This document shows, in pieces, positions 45,328 to 56,014 of a stretch of 64,000 bases of DNA. Location of the stretch: positions 1,462 to 65,461 of IMG/VR virus record IMGVR_UViG_3300035070_003918, one strand, 5' to 3'. Positions within the stretch are counted from its first letter, which is position 1. The number at the start of each line of letters is the position of its first letter. The notes under the pieces were generated by a model. It was not told where the DNA came from and ran no database searches. It worked only from the letters and a program-made list of their open reading frames with translations. Made by a program: the position numbers and the translations under genes. The DNA comes from a virus. Its lineage: Duplodnaviria; Caudoviricetes.

Positions 45328-46479
45328 ATGGCTGACCAGTTCGGCGCGCTGACGCTGCCGCTGGCGGCCACCATGGACGAGCCGATCGGTGACCCGGTGC
45401 TCGGGTACATCGGGGCGTTCATGGCCGCGATCATCAACGACGTCTGCGCCGACGCGTGGGCCACCCTCAAGCCGCGGCCATCGAGCCACGCGCTGCCGGT
45501 GCTGACGGTCGTCTCGAACCAGCCCCAGAAGGGGCGGTTCAACAGCAACAAACTCCCGGCGCTCTTCCTGTGGCGCCAGCGCGGCACCTACGAGGACCGC
45601 TCGCTCGACTGGGTCGAAGAGGCCGGGACGATCCGAGCTCTGTGGGTGTTCCCGCCCGACCCGCAGGAGAAGAGTGCGCCACGGTTCGCCTTCGCTTCGG
45701 CGGTGGCCAAGGCCGTGGCGCTTCGGCTCGCCCGCGGTCGTGACCCGGCGTGGCAGCTGTCCACCGACGATGATGGCGAAGCGCTCGACGTCGACGTAGA
45801 CGTCGACTCGATCGCGCTGTCGAAGACGACCGAGGTCATCGGCACCACCTACTCGGGGAGCGACCTCGACGGCGTCATCGGCGGCGCCGAGATGGACCCT
45901 CGACTCGAGCCGACGATCACCACGGCGGTGGTCTCTGCCGACCCCGACGACCCCGGCATCCCTGACGCCGGCGACGATGGTCCCGGCGGCACCGAGGTCT
46001 ACAACATCGACGAGCCGATCGTCTGGACCTTCGTCGACTGGAACGGTCTCACGCGGACGCGCAGTATGCGCCTCACGCTCGCCAACGGCGGGGAGACGAT
46101 CGCGCTCGGCGAAGACGTCGCCGAGGTCGTGTCGGTCTACATGCCGGCGCAGCTCTCCACGCTCGGCACCTTCACCTTCGGCACGGCGGCCCGCGAAGGA
46201 CGCGGCACCATCGTGGCTGGGGTGGGCGAGCTTCTCTGTCCGCCGCGTCTGCGCGAGTGGACGCCCGAGCCCATCGAGATCGTGGTCTACGACGCCGAGG
46301 GGCGCGTGGCCGACCGGCTGCAATACGACGCGGTCGGGATGACGATCGAGATCCGCGAGCGCGGGCACACGGACTACTCGGTGAACCCGTTCGGCGGCGC
46401 CGTCGGCGCTGACGTTGGGATCTACCGCTCAGACTTCCTCGCATCGGATGCGGGCTTCAGCGACGCCGGCAGCGAGTGA
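45328..46479 (+). CDS. Probable tail terminator-position protein with an inserted domain
   Basis: LPALFLWR; lies before the sheath gene; insert is similar to 60770..61342. Confidence 0.55.
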   Translation: MADQFGALTLPLAATMDEPIGDPVLGYIGAFMAAIINDVCADAWATLKPRPSSHALPVLTVVSNQPQKGRFNSNKLPALFLWRQRGTYEDRSLDWVEEAGTIRALWVFPPDPQEKSAPRFAFASAVAKAVALRLARGRDPAWQLSTDDDGEALDVDVDVDSIALSKTTEVIGTTYSGSDLDGVIGGAEMDPRLEPTITTAVVSADPDDPGIPDAGDDGPGGTEVYNIDEPIVWTFVDWNGLTRTRSMRLTLANGGETIALGEDVAEVVSVYMPAQLSTLGTFTFGTAAREGRGTIVAGVGELLCPPRLREWTPEPIEIVVYDAEGRVADRLQYDAVGMTIEIRERGHTDYSVNPFGGAVGADVGIYRSDFLASDAGFSDAGSE

Positions 46480-46515
46480 CTCGCCTGTCCGTGACGTCTG
46501 CCAGGTGACGATCGC

Positions 46516-47292
46516 ATGAGCAAGGCTTCCAAGCAGGGCCCGACCCTTCGGGTCTTCCCGAACCCCTACGCCCACCTCGACCACAACGGTCTGCTCGCCG
46601 GCATCTGCCCGCAGGGCGAAGAGGTCAGGGACGGCGCGACGCTGCCCATCCGGGCCACCGTCGGCTCGAGCTACAAGGTCGTCGACTACGACCCCGGCGA
46701 GCCGAGCCCGATCCCTGGTGGTCAGCCGCTCCGCTACTCGCGGACGAAGATCGAGTGGCAGCACGCGGCTCAGCCGATGGCCGTGCCGTTCTCCGGCGCG
46801 CTCGCCGAGTTCTACATCCAGCGCCTTCGGTGCCAGGAGATCTTCGAGGTCGTCTCCGACGGTCGAGTGAAGGTCCACCAGCCGACCGGAGCTCCCGTCG
46901 AGATGGACCTGATCGACGCGCTCGTCGCCGCCCGCAACCGAGCGATCGTCGGGCACTTCTCCGCCTACCTACGCGAGCCGCCCACCGAGAAGTGGGCCGC
47001 GCAGTTCGAGCCGGACGCCGAGGTCGCGAAGGTCGGCAAGGCCGAGCTCGACGTGTCGATCGCGAAGATCAGGCAGCGCGTGAATGAGGCCCAGGAGGCC
47101 CGCGCTGCGAAGGCCGCCGGCAAGACCATCGCCGCGGCGGAGAGCCCCAAGGCAACCCCGTTCCCTCTGCGCCCGGCAGTCGTGCACGGAGACAGCGGCG
47201 GGCAGTTCGAGCCGAGCGCGCCCGTCGCGATCGGTGGCGAAGGCGCTCCCAAGACCACCAAGACCACGACCGCCAAGCCGGCGAAGGAGTGA
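46516..47292 (+). CDS. Hypothetical virion-module protein
   Basis: ORF between neck and sheath genes. Confidence 0.6.
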   Translation: MSKASKQGPTLRVFPNPYAHLDHNGLLAGICPQGEEVRDGATLPIRATVGSSYKVVDYDPGEPSPIPGGQPLRYSRTKIEWQHAAQPMAVPFSGALAEFYIQRLRCQEIFEVVSDGRVKVHQPTGAPVEMDLIDALVAARNRAIVGHFSAYLREPPTEKWAAQFEPDAEVAKVGKAELDVSIAKIRQRVNEAQEARAAKAAGKTIAAAESPKATPFPLRPAVVHGDSGGQFEPSAPVAIGGEGAPKTTKTTTAKPAKE

Positions 47293-47300
47293 GGTAGACC

Positions 47301-48824
47301 ATGGCGAGCATCGTCATCGACGGATACGCCGACAGCGACAAGGTCCCGCAGTTCGTCGGTGAGACGAAGTTCGGCGCCGGTCCGATCAACATCCGCACGA
47401 TCCCGCTCGTCCTCCTGCTCGTGGGCCTCGAGTCCACCGCGGGCGGGACGATCACCCCCGACGTCGATGTCCTCGACTGCCTCTCCAAGGAGGAGGCGGA
47501 CACGTACTCCGGCGCCGGCGGCGAGCTCGCTTCGATGGTGTACGGCGCGATGGACCAGGGTCTCTCGGGCGTGCGCCTGATGATCGCCGCTCCGACCGCC
47601 GCCGGCGGCGCCGCTGCTGCGACGGCGACGATCACCATCACGGGCACCGCGACCAGCGCCGGGACCTACCGGTACTACGTCGGCGGCGAGCTCGTGGAGG
47701 TCACCGTCCCGAGCACCGCGACCACGCCCACCAACGTGGCCGACGCGATCGTCGCCCGCTTCGCCCAGTTCCCGCGGCTCGTCGCCTCGGCGGCGAACGT
47801 GGCCGGCGTCATCACGCTGACGTGCCGCACCCCTACGGTGCGCGGCAACCAGCTCATCCTCCACCAGGACGTGTCGGATCGGCAGGCGGGCATCACCTCG
47901 GCGATCACCGGCGGCGCGAGCGTCACCGGCGGCGGTGTGAAGTTCACGGGCGGCGCGGGCGTCGAGACGCTCACCACGCTCGCCGCGCTGCTCTACCCAG
48001 CCCGCTACCACCGGATGGCGCTGGCGCAGAACGATGCGACCTCGCTCGGCGTGTGGGAGACCAACGTCGACAACAAGGCGGGTCCGCTCGAGGGGCGCAT
48101 GGAGCACGTCGTGATCGCGAGCAACGACGCGATCGGGACGGCGACCTCGCTCGCGTCCTCGACCCTCAACAACCACCGCTTCCAGCTCTGCTGGATGCTC
48201 AACGCCGAGACGTGGACCTCGCGCATTGCGGCGTGCATGGCGGCGAAGCGTGCGTCCACCGAACAGAGCCAGCCGAACAGCGGCTACGACGACGTCGTCC
48301 TCAAGGGCGTCGCGCCGGCGCGCGCCCGCGGCGACTGGCCCTCGCGCACCACGCAACAGACGGCGCTCGACTCGGGCGTAACCCCGCTCAAGACGACCGA
48401 GGACGGGACTGTCGCGGTGGTCCGCGCGATCACCACGCGGTGTCTCGACGGCGCGTCGCCGGACTACCGCACGCTCGACACCGCCGAGGCGGTCGTGCCG
48501 GACTACGTGCGGGACCGACTGCGTCTCGTGTGGGAGACGGAGTTCAAGCCGGCGAACCCGTGGGTGCAGCCCGACCCCGGAGACGGCGAGGCGCCGGTCG
48601 AAGAGGGCGTCGCCACTCCGTTCACCTGGAACAAGCGGGTCAAGCTCGAGCTGCAGACCATGCAGAGCGAGAAGATCCTCACCCAGGTCGAGCTCGCTGC
48701 GAACGAGCCCGTCTCCGAGTTCAACACCGCCGCCAAGCGGATCATGAGCGCCGTCACGGTGGTGCCGCTCCCGATCCAGCACGCGATCGGGGTCAGCGTC
48801 AGGCAGTCGCAAGTCTCGGCCTGA
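47301..48824 (+). CDS. Contractile tail sheath (Mu gpL-like)
   Basis: GAGGELASM, ATATITITGTA, LDSGVTPL, VRAITT, DYRTLD. Confidence 0.92.
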   Translation: MASIVIDGYADSDKVPQFVGETKFGAGPINIRTIPLVLLLVGLESTAGGTITPDVDVLDCLSKEEADTYSGAGGELASMVYGAMDQGLSGVRLMIAAPTAAGGAAAATATITITGTATSAGTYRYYVGGELVEVTVPSTATTPTNVADAIVARFAQFPRLVASAANVAGVITLTCRTPTVRGNQLILHQDVSDRQAGITSAITGGASVTGGGVKFTGGAGVETLTTLAALLYPARYHRMALAQNDATSLGVWETNVDNKAGPLEGRMEHVVIASNDAIGTATSLASSTLNNHRFQLCWMLNAETWTSRIAACMAAKRASTEQSQPNSGYDDVVLKGVAPARARGDWPSRTTQQTALDSGVTPLKTTEDGTVAVVRAITTRCLDGASPDYRTLDTAEAVVPDYVRDRLRLVWETEFKPANPWVQPDPGDGEAPVEEGVATPFTWNKRVKLELQTMQSEKILTQVELAANEPVSEFNTAAKRIMSAVTVVPLPIQHAIGVSVRQSQVSA

Positions 48825-48915
48825 GCTGAGCGCGCAGCAGTCGTAATGGGCGCGCTCGACGCGCGCCATTCCTAGGCCCTGTACCCATTGCGGACGGCGC
48901 CGAAAGGACACCTCC

Positions 48916-49290
48916 ATGGCCAAGATCAAGCGCGCCGAGATTTACATCAAGGGCAAGAAGGTCGGCGTCGCCGGCAACAACTCCCTGTCCTTCAACAACA
49001 ACACGGAGCGCCAGCACGGCACCGACGGCATCGTCGGCGGCACGGACGGTAACCCGGAGTACGACCTCGAGTTCGACCACGTCGTGACCGAGAACTGGGA
49101 CGGGGCGCAGCAGTACATTCTCGACGCCATCGACAACCAGGAGGAGGTCGTCATGGTCTACCGCATGGGGTCGAAGGTGAAGCAGGGCCCGTACAAGTGC
49201 CAGTCGGGCCGGTTCTCGTCCGAGCCGCAGCGCGGCACGATGACGGGCAACACGCGCTGGATCAACGTCGGCGTGGTCAAGACCGCGTGA
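48916..49290 (+). CDS. Tail tube protein
   Basis: 124 aa directly after the sheath gene. Confidence 0.75.
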   Translation: MAKIKRAEIYIKGKKVGVAGNNSLSFNNNTERQHGTDGIVGGTDGNPEYDLEFDHVVTENWDGAQQYILDAIDNQEEVVMVYRMGSKVKQGPYKCQSGRFSSEPQRGTMTGNTRWINVGVVKTA

Positions 49291-49862
49291 AGTGGGCATC
49301 GCTCACCAGGGGTCGGCTCGCGCGCAAGCGCGGCGTGGAGCTGACCCCGCTCGACGCCGACAAGCCTCTGCTCATCGACTTCCGCATCCTCGACGGCAAC
49401 GACCACGGTCGGATCCTCGAGTACGCCGCCCAGTTCGCGCTGTCGCGGCACGTGCAGGCCAAGGACGGAGAGGGCGCCTACGAGTTCGGCAAGGACGTGA
49501 TGACGGTGCTCCTGGCGGTCACGGACCCCGAGAGCAGCGACGAGAAGCCGGAGCAGTTCTTCGGGTCGGTCGCCGAGGTGTTCCAGGCGCTCGACCACGA
49601 TCGCATCGTGACGCTCGCTCGGCAGCAGCGCTTCTTCCAGGACACCACGTCGCCGTTCCCGTTCGCGCTGACGAACGAGGAGTTCTCCGCGAAGGTCATC
49701 GAGATCGCGACCGCCGAAGAGGGCGACGATGACCCTTTCGAGAAATGGCCGCTGGCCATGCAACGGAGCTTCGTGCGTTCTTTGGCCAGCCGGTTCTTGC
49801 GCTCACTCGAGCTCAGCTCGACTACTTCTTTCGCCGCCGAGCCAGGTACCAAGCTCAGCTGA
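49287..49862 (+). CDS. Probable tail assembly chaperone
   Basis: Position between tube and tape measure genes. Confidence 0.55.
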   Translation: MKWASLTRGRLARKRGVELTPLDADKPLLIDFRILDGNDHGRILEYAAQFALSRHVQAKDGEGAYEFGKDVMTVLLAVTDPESSDEKPEQFFGSVAEVFQALDHDRIVTLARQQRFFQDTTSPFPFALTNEEFSAKVIEIATAEEGDDDPFEKWPLAMQRSFVRSLASRFLRSLELSSTTSFAAEPGTKLS

Positions 49863-49907
49863 ACGAAGCGGCGCAGCGAGCGATCCAGCAACGCTGAAGC
49901 GAGGTCG

Positions 49908-50543
49908 ATGATGGCGGACCCGCGCGTGACCTCGCTTCGCCGCATGCTCGGCACCGCCGACGTACGCAGCGCCAAAGCCGACGCGGCGCCGCCCAAGACG
50001 GTTGCGACCCCGGCCGACGTGTTCTTCGTCCCTCCTTCGTCGTTCTCCGACGAGTGGGAGCGCAAGCCTTCGGAGCCCGTTGAGATGGGCATGAGGCTGG
50101 CGTCCGTGCAGACGATCGACGAGGCGATCCGAATGGCTTCCCGCGCCGCGTGGGAAGGTCACCCGGAGCCCGGCGAAGCGAAGGCGCGCGAGGAGCTGTT
50201 CACCCAAGAGGTCATGGTCAACGTGCTGTCCCGCACGCTGACGGACCCCCGCGATCGGAGCCTGCTCTACTTCGCGACTGCCCCCGAGGCGCAGTGTCGT
50301 TTGGCGCTGTCGTCCGGGGGTATTCGTGCGTTGTGGGAACGGCTCGAGCGGCTCATGGTGGCGACGAGCCCGCTGTCTCCAGAGGTGACCGACGCCGAGG
50401 TGGAGATCCTTGGCAGGGTGGTCACGGGCGAACTGCTCAGGCGGCTGAGCAAGACCCACGAGGCGCGCGCGCGACGGATGCTCGGGGCGATCCTGATGGA
50501 GCTGATGCAGCTCCTGCCGGACGCATTCGACAAGCGGGCGTGA
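49908..50543 (+). CDS. Second chaperone-position protein
   Basis: Position before the tape measure gene. Confidence 0.5.
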   Translation: MMADPRVTSLRRMLGTADVRSAKADAAPPKTVATPADVFFVPPSSFSDEWERKPSEPVEMGMRLASVQTIDEAIRMASRAAWEGHPEPGEAKAREELFTQEVMVNVLSRTLTDPRDRSLLYFATAPEAQCRLALSSGGIRALWERLERLMVATSPLSPEVTDAEVEILGRVVTGELLRRLSKTHEARARRMLGAILMELMQLLPDAFDKRA

Positions 50544-50550
50544 CCAACGA

Positions 50551-53034
50551 ATGTCCGAAGTAACGATCCTGATCCGAGCCGCGGCGGACCCTTCGCTGCG
50601 CAACGCGTTTCGCCCGCTCGAGGAGAGCGTGCGGCGCGCGCGGAGCATGGTCGCTCGCGAAGTGCAGGGCATGGAGCAGGACCGCTCCGGCTCCGTGCGT
50701 CGCGCGTCCTCTGCCGAGACCTCGGCGATCAACCAGCTGCGCCGCGATCGCGAACGCGCGAACCAGTCGATCCTGCAGGCCCAGCGCAAGCTCGCACAGG
50801 ACGAGCTCCGGGTCTTCGACCAGGCGCTGGCGTCGAAGGAGCGCGCGCGCCAGGCGGACATCCGAGCGTCGGAGTCCGCGACGCGCGACGCCGTGCGGCG
50901 ATCGAAGACCGAAGCCGACGCGAAGATCCGGGAGGACCAGCGCGTCCACCGCGCGCGGCTGCGCGAGTTCGACGATCGTCTTCGGTCCTCGTCTCGGGCG
51001 AGGGCCACTGAGGAGCGGGAGATCCTCCGAGATTCGAGGGCCAACGACCGGCAGTCGATGCGCGATGGTCGTCGTTCGGGCAACGAGCGCTTCCAGCGCA
51101 TTCGCGAGGGAGCCTACGGCGTCCGACAGGATATGGGCGCCATTGGGCGCGCTGGCCTCGGCTTCTCTCGCGGCATGCTCGAGGGCGCCGGCGTCGACAC
51201 GTCGATCGGCAGCGTCTACGGGCGGAGCGTCGAGCTCGAGCGCCGCGCCACCGACCTGTCGAACTCTGGGTACAACCAGAACGACCCGAGGAACAACCAG
51301 CGCCGGGACCCGGCAGAGCTCTCGAAGCTGATCAAGGAGTCGGCTGACTCCAACGCCTATGGCCGCGTAGAGACCGCTGCAGGTCTCCAGGCCTTCGTCG
51401 CCAAGACGGGCGACCTCCAGACCGGTCTGGACATCATGAAGGAGCTCGGCAAGGTCGCGAAGGCCACGGGTACCGACATGAACGACATGCTCGACGCTGC
51501 CGGCGACGTGTCCAACGGCCTCGGCGAGAACTTCGCTGGCAATCGCGGACAGACCATCATCAACACGATGAAGGGCTTTGCTGGGCAGGGGAAGGTCGGC
51601 GCGGTCGAGATCAAGGACCTCGCGACGCAGATGGCCAAGCTCAGCGCGGCGAGCGGAGCGTTCGAGGGCAAGCCCGAAGAGATCATGGCCACGATGGGTG
51701 GCCTCGCGCAGATGAGCCGCAAGCTGGGAGGTTCCGCCACCGCGACGCAAGCAGCGACCAGCGTGTTGTCGATGGTCAACACGCTGAAGACGCCAGCGCG
51801 CATGAACCAGTTCAAGGAGTTCGGCGTCGACATCCTCAACGAGAAGACGGGGATGCTCCGCAACCCGGAGGAGATCATCCTCGACTCCATCGAGAAGGCC
51901 GGGACGGACCCGGCGAACCTCAAGAAGATGTGGGCCAACACCGGCGGCGCGCGCGCGGTCGAAGGCTTCGCCACGACGTACCGTCGGGCGCGCGGCACGG
52001 TGTTGGACAAGGGCGGAAGCGACGACGAGGCGAACGCCGCTGGGCGCGCCGCTGTGAAGGAAGCCTTCGCGTCGTTCCGCAAGGCAGCGCTCAACGACGA
52101 GGAGATCAACGCCTCCTTCGCTGCCCGCATGGGCAACACGGACTCCCGCGCTCAGCTCCAAAACAACCGGATGGAGGACGTCGCGCAGCGCATCGGCGAC
52201 AAGCTCCTGCCCGCGCTCGAGAAGCTCGCCCCCCTGATCGAGAGGATCGTGGACGCCTTCGGTGGAATGGTCGCTTGGGCGGCCGAGAACCCGATGATGG
52301 CTGTCGTGGCTGCGCTCGTCGCGAGCGTCGGCAAGGCAGCGATCACCTCCGCGGTGAGCGAGGCGCTCAAGAACGCGATCATGCGGTCCACTGCAGGCGG
52401 TGCAGCTGGCGGAGTTCCAGGAGCACCAGGCGGCGGGGGTGGCGGCGGGCTTCTGCCGGCGCTGGCGCCTATGGCAGCAGTCATCGGAGCGGGCCTCGCG
52501 TTCGACCAATACTCCAAGCTCGAGGCCGAGGGCGGCATCGACGCCGTGACGGGCGGCGGCATCGAAAAGGAACTGGCACAAGGCTCCGAGCTCGACCGCC
52601 GGATCGCTGCAGTGAAGTCCGGCGACGTCGACTACCTCGAGCGGCTTCGCGAGACGAAGTACCTTCAAGCCGGCTTCAGCGGCAAGAAGCAGTTCGACGA
52701 GATGGGCGGAGCCGACATGATGGCGGCGATGGGGTTTGCGGACCCAGGCGCCGACATCACCGGCGATATCGAAGCGGCCAAGTCGTTCAACAAGGCTCGC
52801 GCGGTCAACGCGCAGCCCGAACTCGTGGCGAAGATGGGCGAGGCGATTGCGGTTCCCGCCGGCGCGGCCAAGCCGCAGGCGCTCACCAAGGACGACGTCG
52901 CGGGAGCGATGGACCAATCGCTGCGCGGCGCGCTCGCGACCACCCTCAACGTGAACGTCACGAACATGCCGGCGGCCGGCGGTCCGTTCGTTGACCCGAG
53001 CGGCATCGATGACGGCGGGGTCGAGCTCGAATGA
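50551..53034 (+). CDS. Tail tape measure protein
   Basis: 827 aa helical; QGKVGAVEIKDLA motif. Confidence 0.9.
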   Translation: MSEVTILIRAAADPSLRNAFRPLEESVRRARSMVAREVQGMEQDRSGSVRRASSAETSAINQLRRDRERANQSILQAQRKLAQDELRVFDQALASKERARQADIRASESATRDAVRRSKTEADAKIREDQRVHRARLREFDDRLRSSSRARATEEREILRDSRANDRQSMRDGRRSGNERFQRIREGAYGVRQDMGAIGRAGLGFSRGMLEGAGVDTSIGSVYGRSVELERRATDLSNSGYNQNDPRNNQRRDPAELSKLIKESADSNAYGRVETAAGLQAFVAKTGDLQTGLDIMKELGKVAKATGTDMNDMLDAAGDVSNGLGENFAGNRGQTIINTMKGFAGQGKVGAVEIKDLATQMAKLSAASGAFEGKPEEIMATMGGLAQMSRKLGGSATATQAATSVLSMVNTLKTPARMNQFKEFGVDILNEKTGMLRNPEEIILDSIEKAGTDPANLKKMWANTGGARAVEGFATTYRRARGTVLDKGGSDDEANAAGRAAVKEAFASFRKAALNDEEINASFAARMGNTDSRAQLQNNRMEDVAQRIGDKLLPALEKLAPLIERIVDAFGGMVAWAAENPMMAVVAALVASVGKAAITSAVSEALKNAIMRSTAGGAAGGVPGAPGGGGGGGLLPALAPMAAVIGAGLAFDQYSKLEAEGGIDAVTGGGIEKELAQGSELDRRIAAVKSGDVDYLERLRETKYLQAGFSGKKQFDEMGGADMMAAMGFADPGADITGDIEAAKSFNKARAVNAQPELVAKMGEAIAVPAGAAKPQALTKDDVAGAMDQSLRGALATTLNVNVTNMPAAGGPFVDPSGIDDGGVELE

Positions 53035-53043
53035 GGATGGGTC

Positions 53044-53940
53044 ATGCCGGCGTTCGATGACCTCAAGAGCGCGGCCTTCGATGGCGTGTCTTTCTCCGTG
53101 TCGCGGTACTCGATCAAGGGTGGGCAGCGAGATCACGTGCACGAGTTCCCGCACGCGCCTGGTGGGCTCGCCGAGCTTCTCGGGCGCAAGCCCTACCTGA
53201 TCGAGATGGAGGCGGACTTCTCGGAGAACGACCGCTTCCGGCCCAACGCGTGGTCGCAGACGCTGCCCGAGCTTCGCCAGAAGTTCGAGCGCGGCGTCCG
53301 TTCCGACCTCTACGTGCCGACGCTCGGCACCATCGAGCGCGCGTACTGCGTCGACTGGGACCAGACCTTCAACTCGCGACGGCGGGATGGCGAGATCACA
53401 CGCTTCGTGTTCCGCGAGGACATGCAGCAGCTCGACCTGGCTCAAGAGCAGGTCACGATCCAGTATCAGAGCGTCAACGCTCAGATCGGGGACCTGTCCT
53501 TCCTCATCGATGAGGAGGAGCTCGACCCCGACTTCTTCTCGGCGGTGATGACGGCGGCCACCGACCTCGTGGCGGTCGTCGACTCGGCGGAGCTGCAGGG
53601 CAACCTGCTGGCCTCGAAGGCTGAGGGGCTCGCGGCAGCCTGCCGGATGGTCGACGAGACGGTGGCCGACATCAAAGAAGCACCGCACCACAAGGTGGCT
53701 CGAGCGGTGCGCGACCTCGGCGCCACGGCTGTGGCGATCCACCAGGACGTGCTCCGCAAGCTCGGACCGACGTTCCTGTTCACCGTGCCGTCCGTGATGA
53801 GCATCACCGACATCTCGCGCGCCATGTATGGCGACGCTGAGCACCAGATCGAGCTGCTCATGCTCAACGGTCTCGAGGACCCGTACACGGTCCTGCCGGG
53901 CACGGTGGTCAAGGGCTACTTCGGCGACCGGCTGGGCTGA
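53044..53940 (+). CDS. DNA circularization protein (Mu gpN-like)
   Basis: AAFDGVSF, HVHEFP, LGRK, LYVPTLG; LysM-like C-terminus. Confidence 0.85.
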   Translation: MPAFDDLKSAAFDGVSFSVSRYSIKGGQRDHVHEFPHAPGGLAELLGRKPYLIEMEADFSENDRFRPNAWSQTLPELRQKFERGVRSDLYVPTLGTIERAYCVDWDQTFNSRRRDGEITRFVFREDMQQLDLAQEQVTIQYQSVNAQIGDLSFLIDEEELDPDFFSAVMTAATDLVAVVDSAELQGNLLASKAEGLAAACRMVDETVADIKEAPHHKVARAVRDLGATAVAIHQDVLRKLGPTFLFTVPSVMSITDISRAMYGDAEHQIELLMLNGLEDPYTVLPGTVVKGYFGDRLG

Positions 53941-55247
53941 TGGGAGACATCGGCAAGGACCACGACGTGGTCACGATCACCCTCGCTGGCGAGACGGTGC
54001 GGATCGTCGAGAGCTACGAGGTGAGCCAGTCGATCATCGCGCAGCCCTGCGCGTTCTCGATTCGGCTGGGCACCGGCGACCAGGTCAAGGAGCTGATCAA
54101 GAAGTACCCTGCCGGCACACCCTTCACGCTCGCGATCGACGGCACGCTCCAGATCACCGGCACCACGGACGGCTACATCACCGAGGGCAGCACCGGCGGC
54201 ACCGAGTTCACGCTCCGAGGTCGAGACCGGCTCAAGTCGCTCCTGGACGCCTACGTCGAGGAGGAGCGTTCGTGGGCCGACGCGACCTACGCGGAGTTGA
54301 CGGCAGACATCCTCGCCGAGACGACGGCAGGAGACTTCACGGTCTACAACTCCGACGCGGCGAACCGAAAGGCCATCAGCCGCGCGCCGCTCACGGAGAC
54401 GAAGCTCGAGCGCGTTGCCGCGCTGCTCGCGAACGGAGAGCTCGGCGACCTCCTGGCCGCGGATGCGTTCGGCGGCGCACAGGGGACCGGCGAGGACCAG
54501 CAGGCAGCGGAGGCGATCAACACCGCGGGCTTCACCACGCTTGCCGCCGCATCGTTCGCAGGCGGCGCCCTCCAGGGAGCGGTGTTGGCCATCGGCAAGC
54601 CGAAGGAGAACCAGAAGACGATCCAGGCGAAGCTCGGCGAGCGTTGGTACGGAGGGATCCTCAAGCCGCAACTCGACCGCACCGGGCTCATGCTGTGGTG
54701 CGCCGGGGACGGCAACTTCGTCCTCTCCACTCCAGCGACGGATGCGAAGCCGGTGGCCCGTCTGTACCGCAAGCGAGGCGGCCTGACGAACGTCAAGCGG
54801 GCGTCGCTGAAGAACGAGACGACCGGGCGCTACGCTCGGTGCGTGGTTCACTTCCGTCAGGGCGGTGGGGCCACCACGAGGGGGCGCGGGTACGGCGTAT
54901 TCAACGACGAGGAGATGATCGCTCTCGGCTTCACGCAGGCCATGACGATCAAGGACCCGAAGTGCAAGAACCTCGCGCAGGCAGACTTTCTGGCGCGCAA
55001 GAAGATCGCCGAGAGCCGCAGGGCGGGGTGGTCCTACGAGGTCACGATCGCCGGGCACACGATGGTCGGGCTCGACGGTCAGCGCATCGTCCTCTCGCCC
55101 AACCTCGTGATCGAGGTCGACGATGACGAGAACGGGATCCGCGAGGAGCTGTGGGTCGAGCAAGCGTCGCACGCGCGGCGCGGCGCGACCGAGACGACCC
55201 TGCGGCTCATGCGCAAGGCCGACGCGGTCTTCGGCGAGGAGATCTGA
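53940..55247 (+). CDS. Baseplate hub (Mu gpP/gp44-like)
   Basis: ITGTTD, LRGRD; position in the module. Confidence 0.8.
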   Translation: MGDIGKDHDVVTITLAGETVRIVESYEVSQSIIAQPCAFSIRLGTGDQVKELIKKYPAGTPFTLAIDGTLQITGTTDGYITEGSTGGTEFTLRGRDRLKSLLDAYVEEERSWADATYAELTADILAETTAGDFTVYNSDAANRKAISRAPLTETKLERVAALLANGELGDLLAADAFGGAQGTGEDQQAAEAINTAGFTTLAAASFAGGALQGAVLAIGKPKENQKTIQAKLGERWYGGILKPQLDRTGLMLWCAGDGNFVLSTPATDAKPVARLYRKRGGLTNVKRASLKNETTGRYARCVVHFRQGGGATTRGRGYGVFNDEEMIALGFTQAMTIKDPKCKNLAQADFLARKKIAESRRAGWSYEVTIAGHTMVGLDGQRIVLSPNLVIEVDDDENGIREELWVEQASHARRGATETTLRLMRKADAVFGEEI

Positions 55248-56014
55248 TGCGCTGGGAGTACGTCAAGGCGGTCTTCTCCGAGTTCGTCGACGGGGTGCTC
55301 CTCGTCGGTGCCGAGCTGCTGAGCGCAGCCGAGAAGAGCGCAGCAAGCGGGCGTGGCTTCGAGCCGATCCAGCCGCTTGGACTGCGAGCTCGACCGCAGG
55401 ACCCTGACGTCGACTCCGAGAACAACCCCACCACGGGCGCCGGGCTCTTGCTCGCGTGGGACGGAGACGAAGGTCACGCGATGCCGGTCGGCGATCCGCG
55501 GGCGCTCGAGCAGATGCCGCAGGGGCAGAAGGGATCGGCGTACCTCTACGCCTGCACCGCGGAGCGCAAGCCTTCGTACATCGGGATCGAGGGCGATGGG
55601 TCGCACCAGTACCTGGCGCAGTACCCAGACGGGTCGGCGTCTCACGTCATCACGCTCGAGGTGCACAGCGACGGCAACGAGAACATCCAGATCCGGCACG
55701 GCAACGGCCACTCGGTGATGCTCCTGCCGGGCGGCAAGGTGGTGCTCTCGAACCGGAACGGCGACGTGTTTCTCGAGGTCAACGACGACGAGATCATCCA
55801 GAGCGGGCCCATCAAGGCGAACGGCGGCATGCTCGTGGGCGACGTCCTCTCGGGCCAGCAGGTGGCCCTGGTGACCGACCTGGACGCGCTCAAGACGGCG
55901 ATCATTGCCACCATCGCCGGCCTCGTCTCTACGGCCCCGGGGTCGGCGGTATCGTCCACCGTGCCGCTCATCGCGAGCACACCTGGGAGTTCGAAGCTCA
56001 AGGCTTCCCCGTGA
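55247..56014 (+). CDS. Baseplate spike (Mu gp45/gpV-like)
   Basis: QPLGLRARP OB-fold motif followed by beta-strand repeats. Confidence 0.7.
   Translation: MRWEYVKAVFSEFVDGVLLVGAELLSAAEKSAASGRGFEPIQPLGLRARPQDPDVDSENNPTTGAGLLLAWDGDEGHAMPVGDPRALEQMPQGQKGSAYLYACTAERKPSYIGIEGDGSHQYLAQYPDGSASHVITLEVHSDGNENIQIRHGNGHSVMLLPGGKVVLSNRNGDVFLEVNDDEIIQSGPIKANGGMLVGDVLSGQQVALVTDLDALKTAIIATIAGLVSTAPGSAVSSTVPLIASTPGSSKLKASP

Noticed and set aside
49700-49910. Programmed frameshift between the tail chaperone genes
   Set aside because: No convincing slippery heptamer was seen, and the second ORF has its own GAGG-ATG.
50437-53844. Very long antisense ORFs (1135 aa here; also 39656-41971 and 58284-60587)
   Set aside because: These are shadow ORFs opposite well-supported structural genes, typical of high-GC codon bias.
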